This document shows positions 20,401-33,840 of a stretch of 64,000 bases of DNA, in pieces (position 1 is the stretch's first letter; every line of letters starts with the position of its first letter). A program made the translations under genes and the position numbers. The DNA comes from Penicillus capitatus (Eukaryota; Plantae; Chlorophyta). The notes beneath the pieces were generated by a model. It was not told where the DNA came from. It did no database searches and saw only the letters and a program-made list of their open reading frames with translations. The DNA is taken from the NCBI GenBank assembly GCA_965649825.1, contig OZ287695.1, positions 1,097,081 to 1,161,080 of the forward strand, written 5' to 3'.

Positions 20401-22289
20401 GTGGTGCCGGAGGGGTGGCATTTGCCAAGTCCATGTCAGCTGCTCTTGAGTTACTCGGAGTGTGTCAGCACATTTATCTCATATCCAAGATGGGCGTGCC
20501 AAACATGCCTGAAAACTTTGAAGCATTTGGAGAGTCTTTTAGCTGGACAATGCTCTACATCAAAGTGCCATGGAGAAACGACACCGAGGATCAGAGAGTC
20601 TACCAACTCGGCAGTAAGTCAGAAGACGGAGATGGACAATCCGAGGGAGATACCGCATCAGATGTCGTTGTTTTCGAACGAGAGTGGCCGTACAGAAGAC
20701 TCGTACTGGTCCTCTTCTGGGCACTGATTCTGTTGTTTTCTTTGGTCACCCTGCATGGTGTCATCATGGCCATCTTCTTCGGCCTTCGTTTGTCCTTACA
20801 CGACAAGTTGAGATTTCCTCGCCTCGAGCTGTACTTCCTTTACTGGGTCATGCCAGCCACAGCAGGAGCTTGTGCCAGTCTGTTTACTGGAAACAAAAGT
20901 ACGACGCATTTAGTTGCATAGATCTCACCGTAGAACTGTTTGTTTGGCTGTACAGATCAGGCGGCTTTGGGAATCGTGCTGCTCTTTATGATACCTCTGG
21001 CTTTTGTTTTTTGGATTACTTACCTGCTCATATCCACCTTCTCGAAGAAGCCTGAAACATACAGCGTCTTCTATGAAGTCGAAGAGGGCAGTCCTTTGAC
21101 AATGACGACGAGAAAGGCGGATGATGAAGAAACTGGTGCCGCGTCAACACCACGATACCTTCGCACCTCTGATGTCATGATGTGTATGTAGTTGGAAGAC
21201 CTGCGAATGAGCATGACCAAAGAAAGAAAGTGGACAAGAGTATCAAGGTGTATGCCCTCATCGAACAAATCTTCTGGACTCCACTTCTCGGACCGCCTTA
21301 TGCCTGTGGCGATTGGAAAACGATCGAGGGTCCAGCGAATAAGTTTGTGGACCGTTTTGGACCTATCTTTGAAGATTTCCGACACATTCCCGGACAGAGA
21401 AGGTGTGGATCTTTCCTTCTGGTATGTCAATCGAATCTCCTGACGAGTTGTATGTTGCAGAGATGCTACACTTGAGATATCTTCGGATACCAATCGCGTT
21501 GAACGCGGCTACTTTTCACCTTTCGACGGCACGTGGAATTATACACGTATCGTTAATATCATACAGGTCAATGGGGCAGTGTTGCGCTTATCGCGTATGA
21601 TTTTCATCGCATGTTTTATCTTGGGACAAGACGACCCCAGCAACAATAGTCAGGGCGTTGTCCTCTTGATTCTAACAATTGCTTATCTTCTTTTCCTTAG
21701 AACATTGCGCCCTTATAATGAACGGTAAGCTTCTCTCCTCATCTCCCCTGTCGAAACATTTCACTCTTCAGGTGGAAACTGGGAATCGCGCTACTAGGTG
21801 AAGTATTGAGAGTGGCGACCTATTGTGTTGTACTGTATCTGCTGAACAATGATAGGACTGATGAGCAAGATGTGAGACGCAATCTTGGATTGTTGATGAT
21901 CTGCTTCGAGGCTTTTGGGTTCTTCCTCATTTTCTGTGAACAAATGTTCAAGTTCTGGCGTGTGGCTAAGGTCTGTGTTCTGTACTTTGAATGTCTGTTT
22001 CATCCTTCTGTTTTAGATCGCAGCTACACGTCTCCTGCGTCGTTCCAGACGTCCTCAGATTATGGACGTTATTCGAAGAGTCCAAATACAGAACCCGCGT
22101 TATCTGGAGCGAAAATACTTCAGTAGATGGGTGAAGCGCACACTCGGAAAGGGCATTTATCCTGGGGTGTTGAGGCGAGACAAGAAAGCTCCTTTCGAAG
22201 AGCTGTTCTGGATACACCCTCTCGCAGCGCTGAGTCACACGATACTTCCTTATTTGGTCGGAGATAGACAGAAAGCGCAACACAAATGA
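17440..22289 (+). CDS. Large membrane protein: acidic repeat ectodomain + beta-rich region + multi-TM C-terminus (TRP-like/plant uncharacterised TM family), copy 1
   Basis: Exon ORFs 17908-19380 and 19431-20900 are joined by a GT-AG intron. S/T-rich ASTSVATSVAVSV segment is followed by TM helices. Motifs LRFPRLE and KFVDRFGPIFED resemble, from memory, an uncharacterised plant TM family. 5' end uncertain. Confidence 0.8.
18193..18870 (+). repeat. Coding tandem repeat, 66-bp (22-aa) unit x10 plus partial
   Basis: APHSVPAADSDLEELEDLQSAE-type x4, then APHSFPADESD(I/V)EELDDLQ(N/S)AE x6. Units start at 18193+66n. Confidence 0.97.
18871..19115 (+). repeat. Coding tandem repeat, 84-bp (28-aa) unit x3
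   Basis: EADPSEGAEALPSDLEIVPDLVEELENP-type units start at 18871, 18955 and 19039. Confidence 0.95.
19210..19295 (+). repeat. Coding tandem repeat, 33-bp (11-aa) unit x~3
   Basis: SSEDEEPSSEN / SGEDEEPSSEN / NREDEEQ, starting at 19210, 19243 and 19276. Confidence 0.85.
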
Positions 22290-22299
22290 GAATCTCCCT

Positions 22300-25250
22300 G
22301 AGTACATGCCAAAATCTCATTTTTGCTTGTCAACAATCACAGACGATCGTTAGCAATATATCACAAAATGTCGGTAATGCTTTTTGAATTCAAGCAGAGT
22401 TCGGTATCAATAGAACGTATCGATCTCTGTCCTCCGAGGTAGAATTTGCAGGGAAACTCTCTATACAAACATGATCTGGTCTCATTAAGCTTTAATTTGT
22501 CGATTGTACTTCTTCTCTTAAGAAACAGTTGACGTCGTTTGTCGTTTGCGTTAAGCTTCAGCGACAATAACCGAACTTATTTAATACCACAGTCGCAGTA
22601 CTTACTCAGAGAACGACTGACGAAGTTCGTTCACTTTCGAGATGAAAGTCAAGATCAGGCGACGAATTGCTAACTTCTGTCGGTACCCGCCTATTACGTT
22701 TCCTCTCGAGAAGTAGAGATCTCAAATTCCAAGCAACTAGCAGTTCGTACACATCGAAACACAGACATTTACTTCGCAGACAACAGGGCTGAGATAATCG
22801 AATGGGAATCATCTTTAAAGTAAGCTTGGACAATTTGTGGAGACGTTTGGTGTTGGATGCCTTCGACAACCAACCATTATATCTACACTGACTTTAACTG
22901 GTTATCTGACTTGGCCATTAAGGAAGGCATTGGTCTATGATATATGTAACGACATCGGAGGAGAAATGGGCTTTTGAACGGGACTCTTTTCTGGTGCTGG
23001 AGTAGGAGATATTTAATGTTACTGTTTAAGTGAGGACATCTTAAGCCATGCGAAGGAACCGAAATGCTAGGAATAAATCGAGTAAGACGTTAGAGGTCGG
23101 GTTACTTGTGGAACATTGTACACTAGACAAACACGCCTTTCAGAGCAAAACAATCGATGTTACACTATGTGGGCGTAGTTGAGTAGCATTCAAATCTTAT
23201 TATGGGATGCAATACAACGTTCTTTCTACTACAAAATATCGCCTTAGCACCATTACTTGTAATTGCAGGGTTACGGATTGAGTCATATTCCAATATCGTT
23301 CGAACACTACCGCAGTATTTTCTGGGCAGAAAAGCGATTGTCGTTTTTATTTAGTTTCCGGTAATTGGCAACTCATTTTGTTCCAATCCATTCAATGTAC
23401 AATCTGACTTTCTGCTCATGACCTGGATTTCCTCGCGCCAAGATATGAACAAATACCCTGTTTCTCAGCGAAGATTTTTCACACTAGAATGAATTGTATT
23501 TTGAATACCTATCGGTGAACATAACTCATTCGTCTTCGTCGCTTTTCTGCCTATAATATGACTCCACCAACAACTCACAAAAGCGGACCTGATAAGTGAG
23601 TTTCGAAGAAACACAATTCTAGGTTTACCAAGGCTAGTGTTATGCCGGGGTTGAAGTACTCTCTCACCTTCTCGAGCGTGAGGGACCATTGTCGGATGGA
23701 CTTTTGCGCTTGATGCGATAAGCATTTGTCTGGACCAGCCTTTCCTGTAATCCATTACTTCATTAGGCGTTCCTTAGGTACATTCCACACTAGTGTCGAA
23801 TACATCTCAAGGAAAGGACGGAAATTATGTATGAAGCATACATACTACACGCAGACGTACATTGGCGGTCGTCATTCATTCATGCGCTTGTTGCTTTCCG
23901 ATCTGCTCGTTAACTTATTGCCGTATCTTGGCTCGATATATGTTTGAACTCGATGTTTTAGATCCACATGTGATTTAGGGTTGAGGAGGCATGAGAATTG
24001 TGTCCAAGTTAATGACAACATTAATGGGGTACCTACCACCTTGCGTCCTAGGAGCCACAATCAAGTACCTTCTTTTATTTCGGGCACATGGCATCTTAAT
24101 GTAAACGGTTTATCATAGGCGAGTTTTCTCGCACATCACTTTAGCCAGTATCCCGAACACAAAGGTGTACAAACTTAGAAGCTCAAGGTGAGTGTTTGCC
24201 TGATCCAGGGTGATTGTATTCATAATGCAAGAATGAAGTTATGCGCAAACTGAATTTGTCTAGGATACATCGTTTGTGTACAAGACAAGTGTGCCCGAAA
24301 CAACGGAATAAATTAATGTTGTAAAAAAAATTATTCATTAATTTATTGTCCGTAGGGTTTTGATAAGGTTTCCTCCCCACCGCCGCCCGCTTAATAACTT
24401 GGAAGGTAATGCTTTTTGAAACGATAACAAAACCTGCTCACTCAAGCCTACTCAAACCTTTAGCGATCATCAAGATGAAGGTTATGGGGCAACTTTTGTT
24501 TCCATTACAATCGACTAATAAAGTCAAACATGTCGCACAAGTCTTCGATATTCTTTGTGCTACCAATGTGATCAATCAGACGACGACAAGTTTTGCAATA
24601 GTGACCGTTCAACTAGCATAAATTAAGCTAACTATTGTGAACATCGATTTCCGCGGCAAGTAACGCCATGGTATATCCACACACTTCTTTGCATTGACAG
24701 AGTTTTCGGGTAATGGGGATTGAAGCATTCAATTCTGCGCCATCAATGGCTCTGCGTCTTCCGTTGAGGTGTCCACAGCGATGTACTACCTTGAGTGAAG
24801 CTTAAAACCTAACCTCTTCTTTAGTGGAAGTTTGTTGTATCGAATTCTGAAAGGCATGCAATTGCTAGTATTGAGTCCCCTTGTCTACCTTTCAAGTTTG
24901 CGAGGGTGATTGTTCTGTCGAGTGATCAAACGGGTTCAAGCGCTTCTATTTGAATCCAGCCATGTCATTTTTTGGTCAATTTGACCACCAAAACAAGCGG
25001 ACTAACGCGTAAATAGAATCTCTTGCACAAAGGCACTCTACAAACAGAGACGCGCACATCCATAACGTTAATGCTCTCCCTTGAAGTGTCAGACTGACAT
25101 GATCCATGCTTCTCGATCGCACACTAGTTCTCGATCGCAACGTGAAACAAGCGTTGCGTATAGGTGACTAATTGCTAAAGCGGTTAAAGAAAATGAGACA
25201 AGGCATCAACAGATTACCGCATTATATATTCGATATGTGTACACATGATC
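22300..25250. other. AT-richer gene-free spacer between the duplicated blocks
   Basis: Visibly more AT-rich than the flanks, with only short unconvincing ORFs and no recognisable protein motif. Confidence 0.5.
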
Positions 25251-25322
25251 CCCTCTGAGTTTTGCGAGATTATATAATTAATACTAACATTACCTTTTTC
25301 ATTTATGAAAACAGGGCACTCT

Positions 25323-27012
25323 ATGGCGACGCATTTATGTCGCTTGCATGGCACGATTTGTACGTTACCTCGGAATGTCGGAGGCAGTCGTCCCAGACGG
25401 AAAACGTGTTTGAAACCGATGGTGTGTCCGCGTGGCAGCGGAGAGATTGGCAGAGCGACGTCGCATAGGAAGCTCTGCCCTCTTCGGCGAATGAAGGAAC
25501 GCAGATGGGACGCGTACTGTACCCAGGAAACGATCGTCTAAGTTGGGATTCTTCAAATGTCGGCAATCCTGTGGTACTCCGATATGCAACTCCAACAGAC
25601 ATAGCAACACAGATAGATTTGCAGGTGTCGTGTTTTGTGGGAGACAATGAACAGCGATGGTTTATGTACTACACAGGACTATCCGTCCAAGACGCCTCTC
25701 AAATTTATGGCGATCTGCCTCTTATCGGAACGACAGGTAACAAAGAAGTCTTCTCAGATCGATATTCTCTGAGAGTTCGTTCGTCTTCATAGGGGTTGTT
25801 TCTTCGTCTGACGGATTGCATTGGACGCGTCCTTCCATCGCACAAGGCGAGTACTCGTGGTTGTTCGCAGAGGTTGCCATTTGCCCGACTGAATTGTGTG
25901 CGTAGACAACGTCGTGCTGCGGCAGAACACAGACATGTGGTGGGCGTTTGATACGGAAGCTGTGGCCGTTTCTGATGTTCAGGCAAGATTCCTTTGTGTG
26001 ATCGAAACCGATCAATAGATGTTGACGCAGATCATGTTCAGTCAGAATGTGAACTCTGCAGACGGTGTTCTCTGGATGTACTATGCTGGCATCAGCGAAG
26101 AGAAGAAGAAACCCTCAGGTTCCCAATCAGCGTCCAGTCCTCCACTCATGCGACCAGGACTCGCCATGAGTCAGGTATGCTCTGCACGTGACAGACGAAT
26201 GCTGCCTCAGTTATACCCGTTAGGGATGGTTACAACTGGGCACGTATCGAAGGGGAACATTACTCTGGATCTCTCTTCGAAGTCGGGGAAGAGAACGAGT
26301 GGGATGCGTTGTTCATCGGCCGACCTCAAGTGCTCAACTGCGGAAACGAAGACCTGCGTATGTACTACCACTCGTTTGATGCCCAAGAACAGAAGTTCAA
26401 GATTGGATGGGCTGGATCAAAGAACGGGATAAGGTGGCGGAAGAGAGACGTGCTCTTCTCGGGGAGCAACAGGTTCGCATTCGATGCGAAGGGAGCGGCC
26501 GCACAGTGTGTTGTGAGTCCCACAGCGTGAATGGACTCCCCGTGTCAAACACATGGTGCAGGTCTACGACGTCGACAACGAGCAGTTCGTTATGTTTTTT
26601 GAAGCCGTTGACGGTGCAGATCGCCACTCTATCGGTCTGGCCGTCTCGCAGGATGGCTTGACGAACTGGTCCGTCCTTTCGGGGCAGCTTCCGTTTTAAT
26701 GCTTTTGTTGCGTTGTCTGCTTAGGGACGTATATGGCGAACCGGTGCTGAGCGCACACGAAAATTCTGATGCCTGGGACAGCGGCGGTGTTGGAACGCCG
26801 TGGGCAGTGTCCATGGAAAACCGAAGATGGCGAATCTATTACGCTGGCACGCCATCGGCTCCTCCAGGTGACTCGTTCCGTTAGTCTGCTTAACGTCAAC
26901 AAGCCTCGTCGGCGTTGTAGCATGGAAAGGAATTGGGGTGTGTGTCAGCGAAGAGAACGGTCCTAAGTTTTACGGAGTTCCTGCCAAATACCAGAGAAGA
27001 AACATTTCTTGA
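25323..27012 (+). CDS. Five-bladed beta-propeller glycosyl-hydrolase-like protein (plant/algal arabinanase/levansucrase/invertase-like family)
   Basis: WDSSNVGNPV|VSCFVGDNEQRWFMYYTG, WWAFDTEAVAVSDVQ, MRPGLAMSQ, EWDALFIGRPQVL, DLRMYYHSFD, SIGLAVSQDG, WDSGGVGTPWAV..WRIYYAG. Last exon AWKGIGVCVSEENG..YQRRNIS*. GC-AG intron at 25983-26030. N-terminus uncertain. Confidence 0.88.
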
Positions 27013-27394
27013 CGCATGTCATTATATACTGGATTCGTTCAACGAACTAGTTCATGGCCCATGCGGTGATGAGCTGTAATTTATTGGCAATGCAAGCTGC
27101 GATTCACTGAACGCTACCGAATACATTCATTCCCCTCAGCTATCCGTAAAGAACGTAGTATCGCTATCCGACCTCGATAAATACAACCGTTTCATACACC
27201 ACTTACCGACCTCAAAGAAATCACGTTCACCAGTAGTATCTCTGCAATAGTTGTTCGTTGTTGGACGGTAAAGATCACACAAGGCAGTGGACATTAGTTT
27301 AGGGTCAACGTTATTCCTCGACAACATCGAAACGCCTGGAGCAAACTTGTTTCCTAATCTGAAGAAGAGAGCTTAGCGTTCCGAATAGCGGCCG

Positions 27395-30300
27395 ATGAAT
27401 TTACTGCAACGCACTCCTCTGCGGGTACTCAAAGGTCATCCGCAAATGCGTCTTTTGAACACTGGTGTAGATTTTTGGGTTGCTATGCCTCTGCGCCTGC
27501 GTGAGTTATGCATACGTGCCAGTGATTTATCCCTCCATGATCGAGCAGCACGGATTCGTCTACCACGAGGTGTGTCTGTCTCATCAAAATGAAATTGCCA
27601 TTCGATCTGTTCTCCTCCAGGATTCCAGAAGGGTGTTGAGTCTGCCAGGGGGAGTGGAACCGCTCCTGTGCAGACAGGGAGAAACGAACCCGTTCGATGA
27701 GGCAGACCGCGAATGCTCGGATGTTGTCGTCTTCACCAGCTCCGAGTCCATCACCTTTCAGATTCTAAACCTGTCCACAAACGGCGTCATCCAGCCATTC
27801 ACTTCCATACCCGAGGTCAGCTGAGATGCAAGAATCGCTCGTATCCAAGCTGACATGTTTAGGTGAAATTATCTAATGGCATGGATGATCAAATCAGCAT
27901 GTCCGCTTATGGTTCGGCTGGCTTGCTCAATATTGAGACAATCGGACGAGAAGACAGCGACTCTCTTGACGAGGCTGCTATCGATTCGGCTGTAGCACCA
28001 TCGTCAGAACCTGCTGTCGATGCATCCGAAGGGTCAGAAATCTCCGCAGAACGTAACAGACAGCATTTTCGATGAAAGAAGATGAACATTCTGTATCTTA
28101 GAATCTGAGGAAGCGATGGACCCCGAAGAATACATTGATGTAGCAGAAGGCCAGGATGACGACGATACACCATTGAGCGAGCTCATGAGGGAACTTCCAG
28201 AATCAGTAACGCCCACGGGACGAGACAGCATCGATGCAAGCGTCCTTGAAGCAAATTCCACTGTTGGTTTTCTCTATCCAGATGGAAGAATCAAATCAGA
28301 TAGAGTGCTGCTGGTGGAGTCCCGTATTGACCATATCCCCCAAAACGAACTCATCCGAGTGAGAGTTCTGTTTGGACATCATATCCGTCGCAAAATCTTT
28401 ATCTATCGAGATGCATCTCCCACGACTGCACGCATTCAGTTGATGCGACGTGCATCTCGCGTACGATCTGGTGGGAAAAGAGCACACTTCGAATACAGAG
28501 TCGACTTTTCGAAATTCGTTGTCAACACTCCAAATCGCCATCTAATGGAGTGCCCCTATATCCGAACACCTCTTTCAAAGATCAGTTCCCATCACTTGAC
28601 AAGTGGAGCTGAGCTCAATGCAAACGATCTTCGCTCGGTCATCATCGCTTCTAGAGAATTCTCTCAATGCTCGTCCAACATGGCGCAAGTTGTCCCCGAA
28701 GAACTGGTTCAAGTAACTGGCGTCTCTGCAGAGATCGAGGAAAGAACACCACCAGTCCGTCTAAGTCGTCAGAGTCTTCGACACGGGAGGATACCACAAA
28801 CATCCGTACTTGTCTCTTTTGATGTCGATCTGAAACGCCGTACGCGGTTAGAGATCAATGTCCGATCCTCGGCAGGCGTCGATCTGGCTGGACAGTCTGT
28901 TCAGACACAATCGGAGATGTACAGCATCGAAAGGCGCAATCGGGCGACAAAGAAGTCTGTGAATCGGGCAGATGACATTGGAACCACAACAACAGTCGTA
29001 GCCAGCACTTCTGTCGCTACTTCTGTTACTGTGACCGTCGGTGCATCGATGGCCGTTTCCATGTCGGGTTCCGCCGCCGCCACTACCGGAGCAGGAGGGA
29101 TGACAACGGGGTCAGTATCGGGCGCCATTGAGCTAATCAGTATGGGTCAGCGTATCTATCTAATAGCTCGGATGGGCATACCAAACATGCCTGAAAATTT
29201 TGAAGCCTTTGGCGATTCTCTTAGCTGGACGATGCTCGATATCAAAGCACCCTGGAGAGAAAACTCCGTCGAGCAGAGGCTGTATCGATCGGACAAAGAA
29301 ACAGACGTCGATAACGAAGAAGAGGACGATGCACAGTCCGAATCAGATGTCGTTGTTTTCAAACGAGAGTGGCCATACGAAAGACTCGTACTGGTCCTCT
29401 TCTGGACACTGATTCTATTTGCTTCGTTGATCGCCCTGCATTGCGTGCTCGTGGCCGTCTTCTTCACCCTCCGATATCCCTTGCCAGATAAATTGAGGTT
29501 TCCCCGTCTCGAGCTCTACCTCCTCTACTGGGTTACACCAGCCATAGCAGGAGCGTGTGCAAGTCTCTTCACCGGAAGCAGAAGTAAGGATCCTTTGGAT
29601 TTCTATATCCTGCAAACGAATACCTTCTTGCTTTGCAGATCAGATTGCTCTGGGCATTATTTTACTTATTCTCATGCCTATATCCTTCCTATTGTGGCAT
29701 GTGTGGATCCTGCTTGCCACGTTCTTAAAAAAGCCTGAAGAGTACAGCGTCTTTTACGAAGTTAAAGGAAAAAACACCGTCACAACGAGATTCTCTGTGT
29801 CCGCCAGCAATGCATATGGAGAAGTTGGTATGCCATGACTGTTCTCACTGTTCTCGCTTACAGTCTTCTTCGCCAGGGACGGACCCAAACGAAGAAGAGC
29901 TCAGGAAGACGGCACAATCAAATCCTAAACCACCTTCATTTATTGAAAGATACCTCTGGACTCCTCTCCTCGGACCACCTTATGTCAGTGGCGATTGGAA
30001 AACGGTAGAAGGTCCATCGAATAAGTTCGTCGATCGTTTTGGGCCTGTTTTCGAAGACTATCGCCATATTCCTGGCCGAAGAAAGTAGAGAGGCTCTTAA
30101 AACGTCAGCTGAAGATCTGACTTGTGATTCGTTGCAGGGATGCCACTTTTGAGGTGTCTGAAGAAGCCAATAGCGTTCACCGCGGACACTTCTGTCCATT
30201 TCGCAGCTCGTGGAATCCATCCCGCATTGCCAACGTTATGCAAGTCAGCGGCACCGTGTTGCGCTTATCCCGCATGATCTTCATCGCTTGCTTTATCCTG

Positions 30301-30974
30301 GGACAAGATGACCCCAGCAATAATAGCCAAGGCATTGTCCTCTTAGTCTTATCAATTAGTTATCTCACTCTTCTCCGAGTATTGCGTCCCCATAATCAAA
30401 GGTAAGCGTCTTTTGGCATTTCATGTATCCATATTGGATTCTCCTACTTAGGATGCAATTGGGTATCGCACTGCTGGAAGAGATCCTGAATATTGCAACC
30501 TACTGCATCGTCTTGTATCTCTTGAATAATAATGACGCAGATGATCAAGAAGTTCGGCGTAATATTGGATTCCTGATGATCGGTTTTGAAGGCCTTGGGT
30601 TTTTCCTCATCTTCTGCGATCAAGTGTACTCATCATGGGGTGTCTTGAAAGTATGTCTTCGATTCGATGAGATCGTATGACGCATTTCTTGTGCGTTTCA
30701 GATGGCTGCCCAGGATTTCTTCAGCCGCTTCAAAAAGGATCCGCAAATCTTGGACGTTCTCGTCAAAGCTCAACTGCAGAACCCACGCTACCTGGAACGG
30801 AAATATTTCCACAGGTGGGTGAAGCTGACCTTGGGAAAGGGGGTCTATCCAGGGGTCCTGATGCGAGACAAGAACGTCCCATTTGAGGAAATGCTGTGGG
30901 TAGACCCCAAAGCAGCGCTGCGCGGTGCGATGTTTCCGTCCTGCATCAAGCAAAGAAAGAAAGAATCGACCTAG
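27395..30974 (+). CDS. Large multi-TM membrane protein, copy 2 (lacks the acidic repeat block)
   Basis: Colinear with 17440-22289 from about 27375/17420 onward, with shared intron positions and motifs (MPENFEAFG, FPRLELY, WTPLLGPPY, FVDRFGPVFED). 5' end uncertain. Confidence 0.82.
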
Positions 30975-31196
30975 TGCCGCTAGAATTTCTCCTCGCCTAG
31001 GATCGTGCGCAATTCGCCTTTCACGTAATGAATCATCATTTTATGAATACTGTTCACGTTATTTAATAAGCTCCGTGCTTAAAGTGAGACAAACTGTTCA
31101 CGTTGAATTGAAATGCATGCATGAGTCTACGAAAGCATCTTGTAACAGTCTATTCCGAATACGCCGCGATCGTCAAGCCTTCACGGCATCCGGTCC

Positions 31197-31625
31197 CTAT
31201 TTCTTTGTCTTTTTCGTTTTATGTCCCTTAGATTTGGAAACATTCGGCGCCGTGCCATCCTCGGTATTCTGCTGCAGATCTACAGAACGAGCGGATGTTC
31301 GTTTGACGCTCTGACGCTCAGTACATGGCTAGCTATACCTTTGGGTTCTGATCCTGACGCCATCCATTCCATCATCTTCATATGGAATCCGTTCAGTTTC
31401 CACATCTCCGATTTCTTTCCCAGCTCATAGATCACACACTGTTCTCTTCTATTCGCCATCGCCCATTCGAAACAAGCGATGGCGCACTTGTCTGTTGTCT
31501 GTGACTTTCAGGACAAGGCGATCCGCTTTGAGGCTGTCCTTGATTGTGTATCGACAGGAAAGGGGGTTCTTTCGATACAGTTCCTCAGCTTCTTGTAGAA
31601 AACGCTGAAAATCGTGAAGCTTCAT
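31197..31625 (-). CDS. SRP9: Signal recognition particle 9 kDa protein (3 exons; absent from the ORF track)
   Basis: Spliced translation MKLHDFQRFLQEAEELYRKNPLSCRYTIKDSLKADRLVLKVTDNRQ|CVIYELGKKSEMWKLNGFHMKMMEWMASGSEPK|DLQQ..KTKKTKK*. Matches the SRP9 pattern F..A..LY..P...RY..K......LVLKVTD...C. Confidence 0.85.
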
Positions 31626-31705
31626 CCCGGAGGAGGCGTCGTTTCAATGATCGTTGAAAAGATCGTTAATACATTCATCTGTCCTCTGCGTCTGTTTGCG
31701 GCGTC

Positions 31706-32125
<420 letters not shown>

Positions 32126-32312
32126 AGCCGCCAGGGGTCACCTGCATTTTCTCTACGTCTGTCATCGAAAACGATAGTGATACGGGAGTCGCCTTTCGAA
32201 GACCTGGGCGGTGTGCATGTCCCTGTACACGATTTAGGGTTTTTCCGAAGTGGTTGAGGGTGTCGGGGACGTAGAATGTCGCTTGTTAACGAGATTAGCT
32301 TTTTTGTCCAAG

Positions 32313-33840
32313 ATGGTAGTGCGCATCGACAGTGACGTTGTGCGAATACAGAGTCACTATTCGCCTAAACAGCACGTTGTTCACAAACGAGCAGCTCAGC
32401 GACTTTCAAAAATGCGAATGTCGGCAAGAGTACTCAACGGCTTCGTCGACGGGAGCCAAGAAGCCGTTCGGTCTCTTCTCAAAACTGCCGGTGAAATTCC
32501 GAATCGCGAAGGACTCTTAGATACCCCTCGAGTAAGACACCTGTTAGAGATTTTCGCCAATGTACCACTATGCAGCGCGTAACTGAAGCGTGGAAGGAGT
32601 TTCTGAGCCATACGGGCCAGGACGTGGAAGAGTACCCTTTGTCTCAATCGCGACGGCTGCATTGACATGTCTTGTCATCTTAGTTTGGTCAAGAAAGCTG
32701 TGTTTGAACTAGAGGAAGGCAATGGAGAGCATCCTGGCATCGTCGCGCTGCAAGACATCGCATTCGCATGCATTTCCAGCGAGACGCTGTTGCCCTTTTA
32801 CGGGAAGTGCCACGTGGCTTACAAAATCGAAGACAACAAGATCCTTGGCTTGAGCAAAGTGGCGAGGTTTGTCGACGCCGTGTCGAGAAGGATGCAGACA
32901 CAGGAGGAGTTCACAGAGAGCATTGCCGGGGTCATGCAGAAAGTAACAAAATCGCCTAGTGTCGCTGTCTTCGCCACAGCTGTCCATATATACTACGACC
33001 GTCCACTAAGGGCCGTCCATAGCTCGTTTCTCTCTGGTACCTTTGAAAACGCATCCGTCGACGCACAGGTGCGCGTCAGCGATCAAAGCTTTCTATTGAG
33101 AGACCGGATGCAGGAATTGTCGTTTGTGCTTCCTGTTGAAGCAAACACGACGTCAGAGGCATCGGCTGAGAAGGTGGTCTCCAGGATCTTGCCTAATGCC
33201 GCAATCGCCGACGAGATTCATGATCACGTGCAGTCTTTGTTTCGTGGACTCTCCATCACACCTGATCCAGTAAGGCCCTTCATTTGATGCGTGGCGGTGA
33301 CGGTTGAGAAATGTGTAGGAGGCCATCGACCGTTACACCTATCAATTCTATTGTTCCACAGCAGGCCTCAGAAATCGTCCTTCGTTTGAATACAATGTCG
33401 TGGAGATGCTGCCGCGTGACAATGAGAAAACGAGTGAGCAAGGAGATCATGTGGTGGGCTGTGTGGCAGATTTCGTGTCCTTGTGTGAACATCATCTTCT
33501 CCCTTTTCATGGAAAGGTCTTCGTCGGTTGCTCGGGCGATTGTCCCACTCTTTCGAGTGCAGATGTCTCACGAGTCGTCGGACCGTTTCTTCATAAGATG
33601 TCACATCAGCCTCAGGTGCAAGAACGACTGACGAATCAGCTGGCAGACCATGTGAAAAAGCAGCTCGCTGTTTCCTCTGTCTTGATTCTCTGCGAGGCAA
33701 TGCACCTATGTATGATTGGGAGAGGTCCCCGAACACACCAGACAGCGACAAGAACGATGTGCAAGCGAGGAGATATCTCTCTGGACCTCTTGCACAAAGG
33801 AAATGTCGCACTAAGGAGACACCAAGACAACATGGTTTAG
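32313..33840 (+). CDS. GCH1: GTP cyclohydrolase I, plant-type tandem two-domain form
   Basis: Domain 1: REGLLDTPRRV..ILGLSKVAR. Domain 2: SLCEHHLLPFHG..QVQERLT..AMHLCMIGRG. Start uncertain (32313/32412). Confidence 0.92.

Noticed and set aside
23325-24300. Two short inverted-repeat pairs (13 bp 23325/23551; 11 bp 24078/24300) as MITE ends
   Set aside because: Matches of this length are near chance expectation in 3 kb, and no target-site duplications are visible.
32232-32243. TTTAGGGTTTT as a telomerase template or interstitial telomere
   Set aside because: A single unit with no surrounding structure; at most a telo-box-like promoter motif.
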